Shown here: in pieces, positions 10,057-21,667 of the stretch
Numbering within the stretch: position 1 is the stretch's first letter
Layout of the letters: every line of letters starts with the position of its first letter
Source of the DNA: Macrostomum hystrix
Lineage: Eukaryota > Animalia > Platyhelminthes
Direction of reading: 5' to 3'
Assembly (NCBI GenBank): GCA_950097015.1
Contig: CATNEN010000011.1
Span: forward strand, 4,464,001 to 4,528,000
Length of the DNA stretch: 64,000 nt
Made by a program: the position numbers and the translations under genes
Notes under the pieces: model-generated
What the model was told of the DNA's origin: nothing
The model's database searches: none
What the model saw: the letters and a program-made list of their open reading frames with translations, nothing else

Positions 10057-10820
10057 AAATAAACGAAACTGAAGACAAGAACTGGCGGATATATGATAAC
10101 ACTTCGCTATGCTTCATCATATTCGATAATCAATATACTTCGATCGAAGTTGGATCGAGGTTGCATTGAGGTTGGATCGAGTTGTTAGAAGTTGGATTAA
10201 AGTTGGATCGAGGTTGGATTGAGGTTGGATCGAGTTGTTACAAGCTGGATCAAAGTTCGATCGAGGTTGCATTGAGGTTGGATCGAGTTGTTAGAAGTTG
10301 GATTGAGGATGGATCGAGGTTGGATTGAGGTTGGATCGAGTTGTTACAAGCTGGATCAAAGTTGGATCAATGTTGGATTGAGGTTGGATCTAGTTGTTAG
10401 AAGTTGGATCAAAGTTGGATCGAGGTTGGATTGAGGTTGGATCGAGTTGTTAGAAGTTGGATCAAAGTTGGATCGAGGTTGCATTGAGGTTGGATCTAGT
10501 TGTTAGAAGTTGGATCAAAGTTGGATCGAGGTTGGATTGAGGTTGGATCGAGTTGTTAGAAGTTGGATCAAAGTTGGATCGAGGTTGCATTGAGGTTGGA
10601 TCGAGTTGTTAGAAGTTGGATTGAGGTTGGATCGAGTTGTTAGAAGTTGGATTAAAGTTGGATCGAGGTTGCATTGAGGTTGGATCGAGTTGTTAGAAGT
10701 TGGATCGAAGTTGGATTGAGGTTGGATCGAGTTGTTACAAGCTGGATCGAAGTATCAAATCCAAAATATCATTTGCAGTGCAACATTTTGATTCCTGCTA
10801 AATATATTTAGTAAGATTGC
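10057..10820 (-). repeat. Right terminal inverted repeat (764 bp; 212 bp = 4 x 53 longer than the left arm)
   Basis: Reverse complement of the left arm, from aaataaacgaaact (10057) to gtaagattgc (10820). Confidence 0.95.
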
Positions 10821-11394
10821 CACCAGTATACTTTTCTTCAAAGTTTACCCCCAAAAACCAATGTGACAAAAGAACACCTTGGTTAATTATAGACAAAATA
10901 AATCCTTTTACATTAATAGACTAGACTTTCAAGATTTACCTTTATGCCTATCATTATTAACATGGTGATGGATCTTTGTATATTCACAATTATGCATCCA
11001 TTTATTAGCCTACTTTTCTTTAGCAAACAACTTTTGCTTTCTTTTGGGTAAGCAAACAACTTAGCAGAGGTTTTTTATAGTATAGTATCCTTTCTATAGG
11101 AAAAGGCCTATTATAAAATCAGCTTAGAGAAGGCCATAGAAAAAAGCTATATTTAGAAGGACCATTAACTTCGTGGAGCATGCATTATATTATAAATACT
11201 ACATACATTGTAAAAATGCATCTTCACCCTCAACTAGGCAACTAAGGCATTGCAAGGCTTATAGCTAGTATAGGATCTGTAATATTTCGACAAATTAGAA
11301 CACCACCTTTACTAAATTATAGAGTACATATATATATATATATATATACAAAATATACAAATATAAATATAAGTATATATACAAAAATATATAC

Positions 11395-11478
11395 AAGCCC
11401 ATAGGAGGAAGGCAATGTTCGAGATTCCTCCAAAAATATATATAAGCCCATAGGAGGAAGGCAATATTCGAGATTCCT
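11395..11478 (+). repeat. Two-copy direct repeat (aagcccataggaggaaggcaatRttcgagattcct)
   Basis: 35-bp unit seen twice, 49 bp apart. Confidence 0.85.
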
Positions 11479-13221
11479 ATTATTTTATTTGCTTTGCGCA
11501 GTTTAAAGTAGCTCGGGTGGTCAACGTCTTGAATTTTGAATTTATTCTTTTCTATCGAAGTAAACAAACACCAGTATAAAAAGGCTTTATGCTGCTAACC
11601 AAATGGTAAGGTATTTTATTATTCGCACTATTTATTTTATGTGCATTAGTCTTGCTCGCTATAATCGTACAAGAGCTTGATCATGCAACGAAAATATTTG
11701 TGCTATTATGCTCCGATTGTCTGCTCACAACAAAATTGCCAAAAAGGTGTGAAATGTTGTGGGTAAATGTATTCTGAAGTATGGCACACATGGATACCTT
11801 CGTTTAGGTCAATATTTTCGAGTTGGCACAACTGTGCCACACTGAGTAAATTGCAGCAACCGATTTTTGTTTAAAAAATCTATATTTTTACCTTTCACAC
11901 TGAACAAAAAAGCCTGAAAGCCAAACAGCTGCCACTTTTTTTACCTATTTGTTGTATTTTGGTCCCAAGTTCAAGAATTTATAATTGGCACACATCTCCT
12001 TTTCACTGTCACGTTACAAAATAACATCTACCGTTCCAGCAACCGTATTTTACATTCCCGGGTTTTTTAATCACCCCCAGCGTCGAAGCCCAGCCTACAA
12101 GGTCACCGAAAAGCAATGGCACACGCTTAACTAAGGTCGCTTTACAGAAATTGTTAAGTTGTAGATGTGGCACAGGCAATATTAAAAATTCGGTAGCTGG
12201 CGTGGTTGTTGCGGACCGGGAAGTGTCTAAAGTCACTATAAAAATGTGCCATTGCCGAGAACCTTAATTCTTGCAATTATTATCAATACTATTATTACAC
12301 TACTGGCAGAAGTTTAATTGTCCAAGAAATATACTATTTTTTATTTTATCGCAAATAATTTGTTTAAAACTTAACTTTCAAATCAATCACTACATACATT
12401 TAAACATGCTACAACTTTACAACAACTTATTGACATTTTAAAACCCCTTATCAATTATCTGTGAAAATTTTGTAATAACTTTTACAAAGTAAAAAGATAG
12501 TGAAATATAAGAACAAATATAGAAGACAATGAATGATACATTAACTGAGCAAACATCAAACCAAGTACGCTTCGTTGTTGTAAAGAAGCAAAAAATTGCA
12601 CATTTTGCAAGAAACAAGCCGTCGTTATCAAAGAGTAAAAAGGCACAAACTTAGCAAAGAAAGCAATAATCATAACTAAAAAGCAAGGATAAAAAGGATG
12701 CATTTTTTCAGTATATTTTTTGCATTTTAAGTTGCAGATATTGTTTGAACGACAGTTTTTTTCTATGAAAACTCAGTGAAATAACTTAAAACTAAAATTG
12801 CGTTTGTTCAAAACTTTAGAAAATGTTTGACGACTAGCAAAATTTAAAGTCGAAAAACACTCTGGACTTTTATAAAGCTTTCTTTTTATGTATCACAAAC
12901 ATCAATTTTTTCTTTTGATCGTTTACAATAAATTATCTTGTCAACGTTACACTAACTTTTGCGGCAATCTTTTACTTCCGCAAATGTTCCCATTGGCATT
13001 GTGCTCCCTTCTGCCAACACTTATGATATACATTGTTATAACCTAAATACCTTACTAAACTAATTATGTTTAACTTTTCAAGTTATTACTTCTGCCAGAA
13101 CTTCATTAAGAATAAGTTTAAAAAATTAAATTTTAAACAGTTTTTTACCTCAACATAGGCCTATCTATGTATCGTTTTATATTGTTATTTTACATTACAA
13201 TTAAAAATTGTCTTTTAAAGG

Positions 13222-13346
13222 AGGCAGTGCTTATCCCCACGGTACCGTAGGAATAATTTTTGTCTTATTATAGTTATTCCTAAGTACCGTAGGAATAAGA
13301 CAAAAATTATTTCTAGCCTACGGTACCGTGGGGATAAGCACTGCCT
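13222..13346. mobile_element. 125-bp palindromic MITE-like element with 7-8-bp TSD
   Basis: 30-bp perfect TIR aggcagtgcttatccccacggtaccgtagg; inner inverted pair aataatttttgtcttatt/aataagacaaaaattatt; ttaaagg duplicated at 13215-13221 and 13347-13353. Confidence 0.75.
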
Positions 13347-13356
13347 TTAAAGGATC

Positions 13357-13657
13357 CTAGACACTTCGTCATCTTACAACTTTGTCATCCAGCCAATTGG
13401 CATACCTAAAAGTTTGGTCAGTTTTTCATCTACTAATAACAAGCATTGTAGTCTGTAGCATTAAAATATAAAGTTGAAAGATAGGTGCCACTCAATGTGG
13501 GGGTAGGGAGTGGTGGATCTGTTTTTACTTTGAAGACTTGTTTTATAGACGAAAAAGTGTCCACAGCTCAAGTCTAAGTCACTTTGTCATCCACCCTCTG
13601 AGATATTGGACAGATCAATATCTGGATGACAAAGTTGTAAGATAACAAAGTTTCTAG
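13357..13657. mobile_element. ~300-bp MITE-like element with 36-bp imperfect TIRs bounded by CTAG
   Basis: 13357-13392 versus reverse complement of 13622-13657: 33/36 matches. Confidence 0.6.
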
Positions 13658-14687
13658 TCCATGTACCTTGGCTTAACAACTTAACAAGACAAGCTGCTTG
13701 CCTGTGCCAAAAAATCTACCACTAGGCCTAAAAGCAAGAGCACCTATATTTTTTATAATTAAATGTAAATCTATCATTTTGACTAGTTATTGATTGAAAT
13801 AAATATAGAAACATTATATAGTCAATATTGTAGAGTAGTATAGTAGACAGCAGTTGATTGTCACTATTGCTAGGCCTACCTGTTTGCTTTTTATGTCTTG
13901 TAGGTTTTTTAAACTTTAATTAAGAACTCTATAAGTATAATTCTTTAGATTAGAATAAATAAAAATTATTTTAGTGTTTATATATATTTTTTCTTGCCTA
14001 ACTAGACTGGTTTTAAACTTATTCTTTTGAGTTTGACAGTTTGACACTGAGGCAAAATTTGTTTCATTAAAATAAATCGAGACCTTCCTGAGTAGACTTC
14101 AACAATTCAGTGCCAATTTAAAGATCTGAAAGATATTTTCCATATAAATGCTTCGAAATTTTCTAGTACACAATTCTGTAAATATGATACTGGTCTAAAT
14201 AACTTTAGCAATTATTTGTCATTTATCTGGTTGCACCTCTTTAACTCTAACAGTCAAAATATGCTATAAGGATCTAGTAGAACCACTTAAAAGCTAGCAA
14301 GAAAGAGGCCTGAAGTTTAGAAAACAGAAACTGATATCATATATAGTTTAGAGTCAAGGGATACAAATTGTCATGTACTTTTGATATGTTGTCTACTTTT
14401 AAATAATGTTTGCTTCTAAATAATTTATTTTGTACTGCACCAAGATAAATAACGTATAGTATATTGCATTAAAAATTTCTTTTTTGTTGTGTTGTTTCTA
14501 ACCTAGCTGCTGAGAGTAAAGGAATTGTAGAAACAACTATGCTTTTCCTGGTGTTGTACTCTCTGCTATTATATTAAAACTCAATATAATTCAAGGTTAT
14601 TGTGTTCTCTAAAATGTTAGCAATTGCAATGATGGTAACTTATTAAAGGAGGTTGACAGAAAAAATTATTTTCCAAATATAATGGCT

Positions 14688-17169
14688 AATTGTCTAGGTT
14701 ATATTGGCCAGAATATAATTGTCTAGGCTATATTGGCCAGAATATAATTGTCTAGGCTATATTGGCCATAATATAAATGTCCAGGCTATATTGGCCAGAC
14801 TATAATTGTCCAGGCTATATTGGCCAGAATATAATTGGCCAGAATATAATTGTCCATGCTATATTGGCCAGAATATAATTGGCCAGAATATAATTGTCCA
14901 GGCTATATTGGCCAGAATATAATTGTCCAGGCTATATTGGCCAGAATATAATTGTCCAGGCTATATTGGCCAGAATATAATTGTCCAGGCTATATTGGCC
15001 AGAATATAATTGTCCAGGCTATATTGGCCAGAATATAATTGTCCAGGCTATATTGGCCAGAATATAATTGTCCAGGCTATATTGGCCAGAATATAATTGT
15101 CCAGGCTATATTGGCCAGAATATAATTGTCCAGGCTATATTGGCCAGAATATAATTGTCCAGGCTATATTGGCCAGAATATAATTGTCCAGGCTATATTG
15201 GCCAGAATATAATTGTCCAGGCTATATTGGCCAGAATATAATTGTCCAGGCCATATTGGCCAGAATATAATTGTCCAGGCTATATTGGCCAGAATATAAT
15301 TGTCCAGGCCATATTGGCCAGAATATAATTGTCCAGGCTATATTGGCCAGAATATAATTGTCCAGGCTATATTGGCCAGAATATAATTGTCCAGGCTATA
15401 TTGGCCAGAATATAATTGTCCAGGCTATATTGGCCAGAATATAATTGTCCAGGCCATATTGGCCAGAATATAATTGTCCAGGCTATATTGGCCAGAATAT
15501 AATTGTCCAGGCTATATTGGCCAGAATATAATTGTCCAGGCCATATTGGCCAGAATATAATTGTCCAGGCTATATTGGCCAGAATATAATTGTCCAGGCC
15601 ATATTGGCCAGAATATAATTGTCCAGGCTATATTGGCCAGAATATAATTGTCCAGGCTATATTGGCCAGAATATAATTGTCCAGGCTATATTGGCCAGAA
15701 TATAATTGTCCAGGCCATATTGGCCAGAATATAATTGTCCAGGCTATATTGGCCAGAATATAATTGTCCAGGCCATATTGGCCAGAATATAATTGTCCAG
15801 GCTATATTGGCCAGAATATAATTGTCCAGGCTATATTGGCCAGAATATAATTGTCCAGGCCATATTGGCCAGAATATAATTGTCCAGGCTATATTGGCCA
15901 GAATATAATTGTCCAGGCTATATTGGCCAGAATATAATTGTCCAGGCTATATTGGCCAGAATATAATTGTCCAGGCTATATTGGCCAGAATATAATTGTC
16001 CAGGCCATATTGGCCAGAATATAATTGTCCAGGCTATATTGGCCAGAATATAATTGTCCAGGCTATATTGGCCAGAATATAATTGTCCAGGCCATATTGG
16101 CCAGAATATAATTGTCCAGGCTATATTGGCCAGAATATAATTGTCCAGGCTATATTGGCCAGAATATAATTGTCTAGGCTATATTGGCCAGAATATAATT
16201 GTCCAGGCTATATTGGCCAGAATATAATTGTCCAGGCCATATTGGCCAGAATATAATTGTCCAGGCTATATTGGCCAGAATATAATTGTCCAGGCTATAT
16301 TGGCCAGAATATTTAATTGTCCAGGCTATATTGGCCAGAATATAATTGTCCAGGCTATATTGGCCAGAATATAATTGTCCAGGCTATATTGGCCAGAATA
16401 TAATTGTCCAGGCTATATTGGCCAGAATATAATTGTCCAGGCCATATTGGCCAGAATATAATTGTCCAGGCTATATTGGCCAGAATATAATTGTCCAGGC
16501 TATATTGGCCAGAATATAATTGTCCAGGCCATATTGGCCAGAATATAATTGTCCAGGCTATATTGGCCAGAATATAATTGTCCAGGCTATATTGGCCAGA
16601 ATATAATTGTCCAGGCTATATTGGCCAGAATATAATTGTCCAGGCTATATTGGCCAGAATATAATTGTCCAGGCCATATTGGCCAGAATATAATTGTCCA
16701 GGCTATATTGGCCAGAATATAATTGTCCAGGCTATATTGGCCAGAATATAATTGTCCAGGCCATATTGGCCAGAATATAATTGTCCAGGCTATATTGGCC
16801 AGAATATAATTGTCCAGGCTATATTGGCCAGAATATAATTGTCTAGGCTATATTGGCCAGAATATAATTGTCCAGGCTATATTGGCCAGAATATAATTGT
16901 CCAGGCCATATTGGCCAGAATATAATTGTCCAGGCTATATTGGCCAGAATATAATTGTCCAGGCTATATTGGCCAGAATATTTAATTGTCCAGGCTATAT
17001 TGGCCAGAATATAATTGTCCAGGCTATATTGGCCAGAATATAATTGTCCAGGCTATATTGGCCAGAATATAATTGTCCAGGCTATATTGGCCAGAATATA
17101 ATTGTCCAGGCTATATTGGCCAGAATATAATTGTCCAGGCTATATTGGCCAGAATATAATTGTCCAGGC
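14688..17169. repeat. 29-bp satellite array, ~85 units (ttgtccaggctatattggccagaatataa)
   Basis: Directly visible 29-bp period; rare variants ccatatt, gtctagg and a 31-bp unit. Confidence 0.98.
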
Positions 17170-17530
17170 AAGGAGGGATGGTTAATCAAAGAGGACATTG
17201 TTATGTGCTCTTATGATGGTATATTCCTATGTATTGATTCAAGTTAAGCAAGATGTTAAGCAGGATTTCAGAGTCAGTTTAGTTCTAGCTATGCTTTATG
17301 AATTCAGTTTGTATTCTAGATCTTAGAGATGCAGTGGATGAAGTGTGGCAAGCAGGGGTAGGTCACAGGCAGACACTATTTTCTCTCAGTGCAAGGACTC
17401 ATTTATTGCATTGACAGAATGTTCTGGAAAAATCTCAAAAGTCCTTGCAAGCAAGGTTTCACATTGGAGGAAGAAAAGAGAGTACTTTTTATTTTATGTA
17501 ATGCACATAATTGGGAATTGCATTGCTTAA

Positions 17531-19593
17531 ATGTCGCGCTTCAGTATACCACCAACAATAAACTTCCAGTCACTGCCAGCTGAGCCGCCTTCGGCAGGAG
17601 ATCTGATCCATTGGCTGACCAGCTGCCATCAACTTGATGAAGCTGCGCTGGCAGACACAGCCGCCCAGTTGACCGGCCTGGCTGAAGGCCAGCTGCGCGA
17701 CCTGTTCTCGGCTGCCATCGCGGCAGATTCTGGTCAGCTGCCCAGCTTCAGCTGTGTCATGCTGCCATTGAGTCATCGACCCCGACTGTTGGCATTTCGG
17801 CTGCGCCTGTGGCCAGATTTAGATGATTCAACCGAGGATGCTTGGCACGCTGCCGACTCAGATAGGGTTGAATGCGATGCTGAGGATAAAAAACAAAGTC
17901 TAGGCGGGTGAGCTGTTTTGATTTGATTTATTATTAACTTTAGACGCGTGTGTTTAGACTCGTAAAACCCACATTTTTCCTCTTTTTCTGTATGTCCCAA
18001 AAGTTTTCGACAAATCGATACTACAAGTATAATTCATCAGCATCGTCGCGAATTATTCACCTATTCTCGTCGGTTGTCTAGTTGTTAAACCACCAATATA
18101 GACATAAATTTGCGCTCACAATGTTGGCTATTATTGCTGATTATGACCAATATAGATTCGCCCTAGATAGTTTATACAGAGCAATGCTAGATGGTCTTGT
18201 CACCGGGGTCTTCGACTAGGACTGCTTTGAGAGTTAATTCATCGTAAAGGCCGGACATGTTGGCCGAAACGGGCCAAAAACGACTGTTCATTGCAGATTT
18301 AAACAAATAAGTTATTTAGCCTGTGCACTATTTAAAGATATTGCTTATCTAACGTAGCGGTATAGAGTAGGAGAGAGAGAGTCTTCAATTATGCACACCA
18401 ACTGCATTGCAACCAACCAACTGCAGCTCGGCATCAGCTGAGGCTTGCGCCAATCCCTCACACTACACCCGGCGATCTTGGTGCACCGTGTTCTATTACG
18501 AACTCGACAACCGCGTCGGCGATCCGTTTCGCGCTATCGAGCCCTGCCTACGCGTTGACGGAGGTGGCGGCGGCGGCGGATTCTTTGATCGGCACGGCAG
18601 GCGTCGATTCTGTTTGGCGCCGTTGTGGAACGCCGACAGGCCGCCGGCGGCATTCCAGGTGCGCCGATTCATCGGCCAGGGCGTCTCTCTGCAGATGTGC
18701 CGGGGTGGCACCGTCCTGCTGCACTGTCGCTCGCCTTTGCCAGTTAGTGCTTCTCATTTTATAATTTAACAGGCTAATATGCTTGGGACGTAAGTGCCTG
18801 AGCACCAAAGGTCCCCGCGCTCGATTCCGCGGCGAGGCCACATTCATTTGGGCGCAGACGCGGAGAGAAGGCTTGTCGTGCAATTTACGCCCTTGAGGGC
18901 CAACCTCCAAGGCACAGTGAGAGTACACTGCCTGCCGATGAGAGAGTCCAGGCAGATGTACACACCTGTCCTCAGGAGTCAGCGAAATGGGCAGAATTGC
19001 CTCCTCGCTGGCTGCGGGTCCAGTGTCACCAAAATGATGTGCTATTGTCCGCAGCCCTCCTGCAAAATATATTAATTTAAATTTACTAATATGCTACCTA
19101 GGCTACTCTGGTTAGTAGTGTAATAAGGTTCATAGATTGAAACTAAATTTTTCATTAAAAATTTTAAATCGAGCTTAGGAAAGTTCGCATCACATAGTCA
19201 AATCTCTTCTAAGCTCTGCCAATCATCCTCCTGTCGACACAGGTGTTCGTCCAGTCGCCCAACGCGAGCCTTCAGCGCGGCTGGCATCCGGCCACAGTCT
19301 GCCGAGTCCCACCCGGTGGCAGCCTCTGTATATTCTCCGACGATCTGTTCCTTCGCTACCTGGCCGATTGTCGCCATTTTGAGGAGGCCTACAGCCTCAT
19401 TAGAATGTGCCACATCAGGGTGTCATTCGCCAAAGGCTGGGGCAGCGATTATCGTCGACAGAGGATCACAGCTTCCCCCTGCTGGCTGGAGATTGTGCTG
19501 GCTAGGCCGCTCATCTGGCTCGATAGGGTGCTGGTGACAATGGGCGGTCCCGCTAATCTGAACCTCACCTTGGAATCCCAAATCCCAAGTTGA
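17531..19593 (+). CDS. Atypical Smad2/3-like protein, 347 aa; exons 17531-17907, 18427-18742, 19243-19593
   Basis: MH2 motifs WCTVFYYE..RVG, FCL, RRFIGQGV, VFVQSPN, GWHPATVCRVPPG, RMCHIRVSFAKGWG.DYRRQ..SPCWLE, WLDRVL..MG.P; degenerate MH1 (LIHW, GQLRDL, CVMLP, WPDL, CANPSHY). Phases match (2/2, 0/0); 1044 nt in total. Confidence 0.9.
18794..19033 (+). mobile_element. tRNA-derived SINE (family A) in Smad intron 2
   Basis: Aligns with the copies at 59378-59749, 41268-41541 and 45505-45750 (ctcgattccgcggcgaggccacatt ... gggcagaattgcctcctcgctggctgcgg). Confidence 0.75.
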
Positions 19594-21429
19594 AAATCTT
19601 AATAATATCCGATGATGGCGTGTGTTTTGAATTTTCTGTAAATATGTCCCTAACATGTTACTTAAAGTAACGTACGCAAAAATTCAATGTGAATGAGTTT
19701 TATTCATTTTTGTTTAGCTTTCAAAGCGAAACCAGGTTTTGTATCTATGTGTGCGTAAGATAAAAAACATTTCCAAAAGTACTCAAAAGTTACTCAGTAA
19801 TTTTTATCGGACTAGCTTCGAACTAACTGCTTTCAAGTAATCAGCATTTTCGTTTCCAAAGCTTTGCTACCATAAATCCAAATAGTTGTTGGCTCAATGC
19901 ACAGATTTGCCTTTTGTCTACTTTGAGTAGCATGGTAGTACATGTCTCGATTTTTTATTCATTTTGCTTATCACTTAGCGCCAGCAATTTTGCGATTCAC
20001 TGATATCAATTGTATCGGCGCCAAAAATAACTAACTTTCAATCGGTTCTCTTGCAAATGATTTTACTTTTGCAATTACTTAATCAATATACCCAGTCCAT
20101 CATGAACTATTTTACAAGCACGCTTTGCGCCAGATAAATTTTTATTTATCTGTTTCTATATAAATAACTAAATACTGAAAGTTTAAGGGTCTCTTCATCA
20201 TTTAAATACAATAATTTTGTCTATGTTTTTTCAAATCAAGCTATTAAAGAAATTTCATAGCGCCATTAGTTACCCTGAGTATCTTAATTTCTTTATATCA
20301 TCACTATATCACTATATCTTTATATCTTTTCAAGCTAATAAAGATCAGATATCTAGATAACGAAGATTCCCTATCAAGCTAATAAAGATCTCATATCAAG
20401 CTACTCAAGGTCCTCTATCACATCACATCGCATCCATCACGTCGCAGAGATAGGAGAGGGTGAATAGCCCTTTTAAAGCAGACAATGGTTTATTTCTCAA
20501 GTTAGGAAACTAAGCCGCTGCGAGTAAGAGAAAGTTATTTGAATCAATAGTAAATGTCAGAGGCGCAAATTCAAAGCAGTTAATTTGTTAAGCAATATGC
20601 AGTTAGAATCGTGATGTTTAATACGAGTGTGTGGGATCCACTCGCAGAAGGGCGCCGACTCTGCGGGGCATCCCCAAGATTAGGCGGCGCAGAAAGTCCT
20701 TGGGAAGCTGCTGCTAAGCGTTTTTAATGGCTTGACGCAGCTCCGCAACGTTCTGTGGTGGATTCTCTTTTCGAATGCTGCGTTTCAGCATTCGGGTACC
20801 GCGCGAGAGCCAGCGCAGAGTGCTTTAGAATAAACCAATATGGGAGGGGGAAGAAAAGTCGCTGATGGACAGGACACTGCTAAATGTGATATTTCTCAGC
20901 AGGTTTTGTCAGCTCGGTAAGCGAGGGACGCCCTAGCTAAAGCAATAAGTCAGCATAGCTGAGAATGCCAGACTGCCTCGTACCGTTTCAGGAAGTTTGA
21001 GAAGCGATGCTTTCTAACTTTTAAACTTCCATTTCGCTTGGAAATTTCCATTCCAGCCACCTAACTACCCTTCTTTTTGCCGTTTTTAACTTAAAACTTT
21101 TTCAATGCAAGCAGTTTGTCTTAGTTAGTTTAATAGTTTTTTCAAAATTAGTTTTTAGGATTAATACGCCAACGCTTCAACTTGGTACTGCAGTTTATGG
21201 TATGATGATCGCTAATTGAACGCAAAAAAGTGATGCCAATATTTTTTACCGATTTTGCTAATGAATCCTTAGTGGCCGAGAGTAGCCTTAATGAGAAAAA
21301 CAAATAGTTTTTATCGAAAAACTGATTTTACTGGATTGATTGATTTTGATAGGAGAAGGATCAGTTTCAAGCCTTTCTTAACGTTTTATTTTAACAAGCG
21401 CTTTATAGTACCACGAACAGTTTCTTTTA

Positions 21430-21667
21430 TTTAGAGACTTCTCTCCTTCTATTAAACAGCTGCTAAAAGTTGTTCACACCACTTCAAGGCTTCAGTCAGC
21501 GGAAATATTACCAGCTTTTAGTTGAATGACAGGCTTCTATTGGCCCGATTCTAGTAATCGTATTGAGTATAACATCGTTATGCCAATATAGAGATTAAAA
21601 AAGTTCCCATCGTTGCCGCATTAATTTTCTTTTTAAGAATCGCAGCATTTTAACAGTCTGTGACAAA
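21430..21667 (+). repeat. Diverged ~230-bp direct repeat, copy 1 (copy 2 at 27965-28192)
   Basis: Shared blocks ccacttcaag, ccagcttt..gttgaatgaca, attggccc.attctagta, gagtataacatc, aaagttccca.cgttgccgcattaat, gcagcattt, gtgacaaa. Confidence 0.75.

Larger units (their letters stand above)
3..10820. mobile_element. Foldback/NOF (Rehavkus)-like Mutator-superfamily DNA transposon with long tandem-repeat TIRs; contains a nested LINE
   Basis: 3-554 is the reverse complement of 10057-10820, apart from repeat copy number. The interior encodes a DDE transposase with GMDST, VVTDFN, SHLVK and TERW..MK motifs. The exact outer termini and TSD cannot be fixed because the left end is at the window edge. 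Confidence 0.85.

Noticed and set aside
11295-12703. Short ORFs in the AT-rich region and scattered tggcac/gtgcca motifs (11820-12260)
   Set aside because: Low-complexity translations; I could not define TIRs or a TSD for a transposon there.
14688-17169. Regular short repeats as a CRISPR array
   Set aside because: Head-to-tail units with no unique spacers, eukaryotic context, no cas genes. The same applies to the TIR arrays.
14688-17169. Satellite as an array of Smad-binding elements autoregulating the adjacent Smad
   Set aside because: Most units read GTCC rather than GTCT, and this Smad lacks the DNA-binding hairpin.
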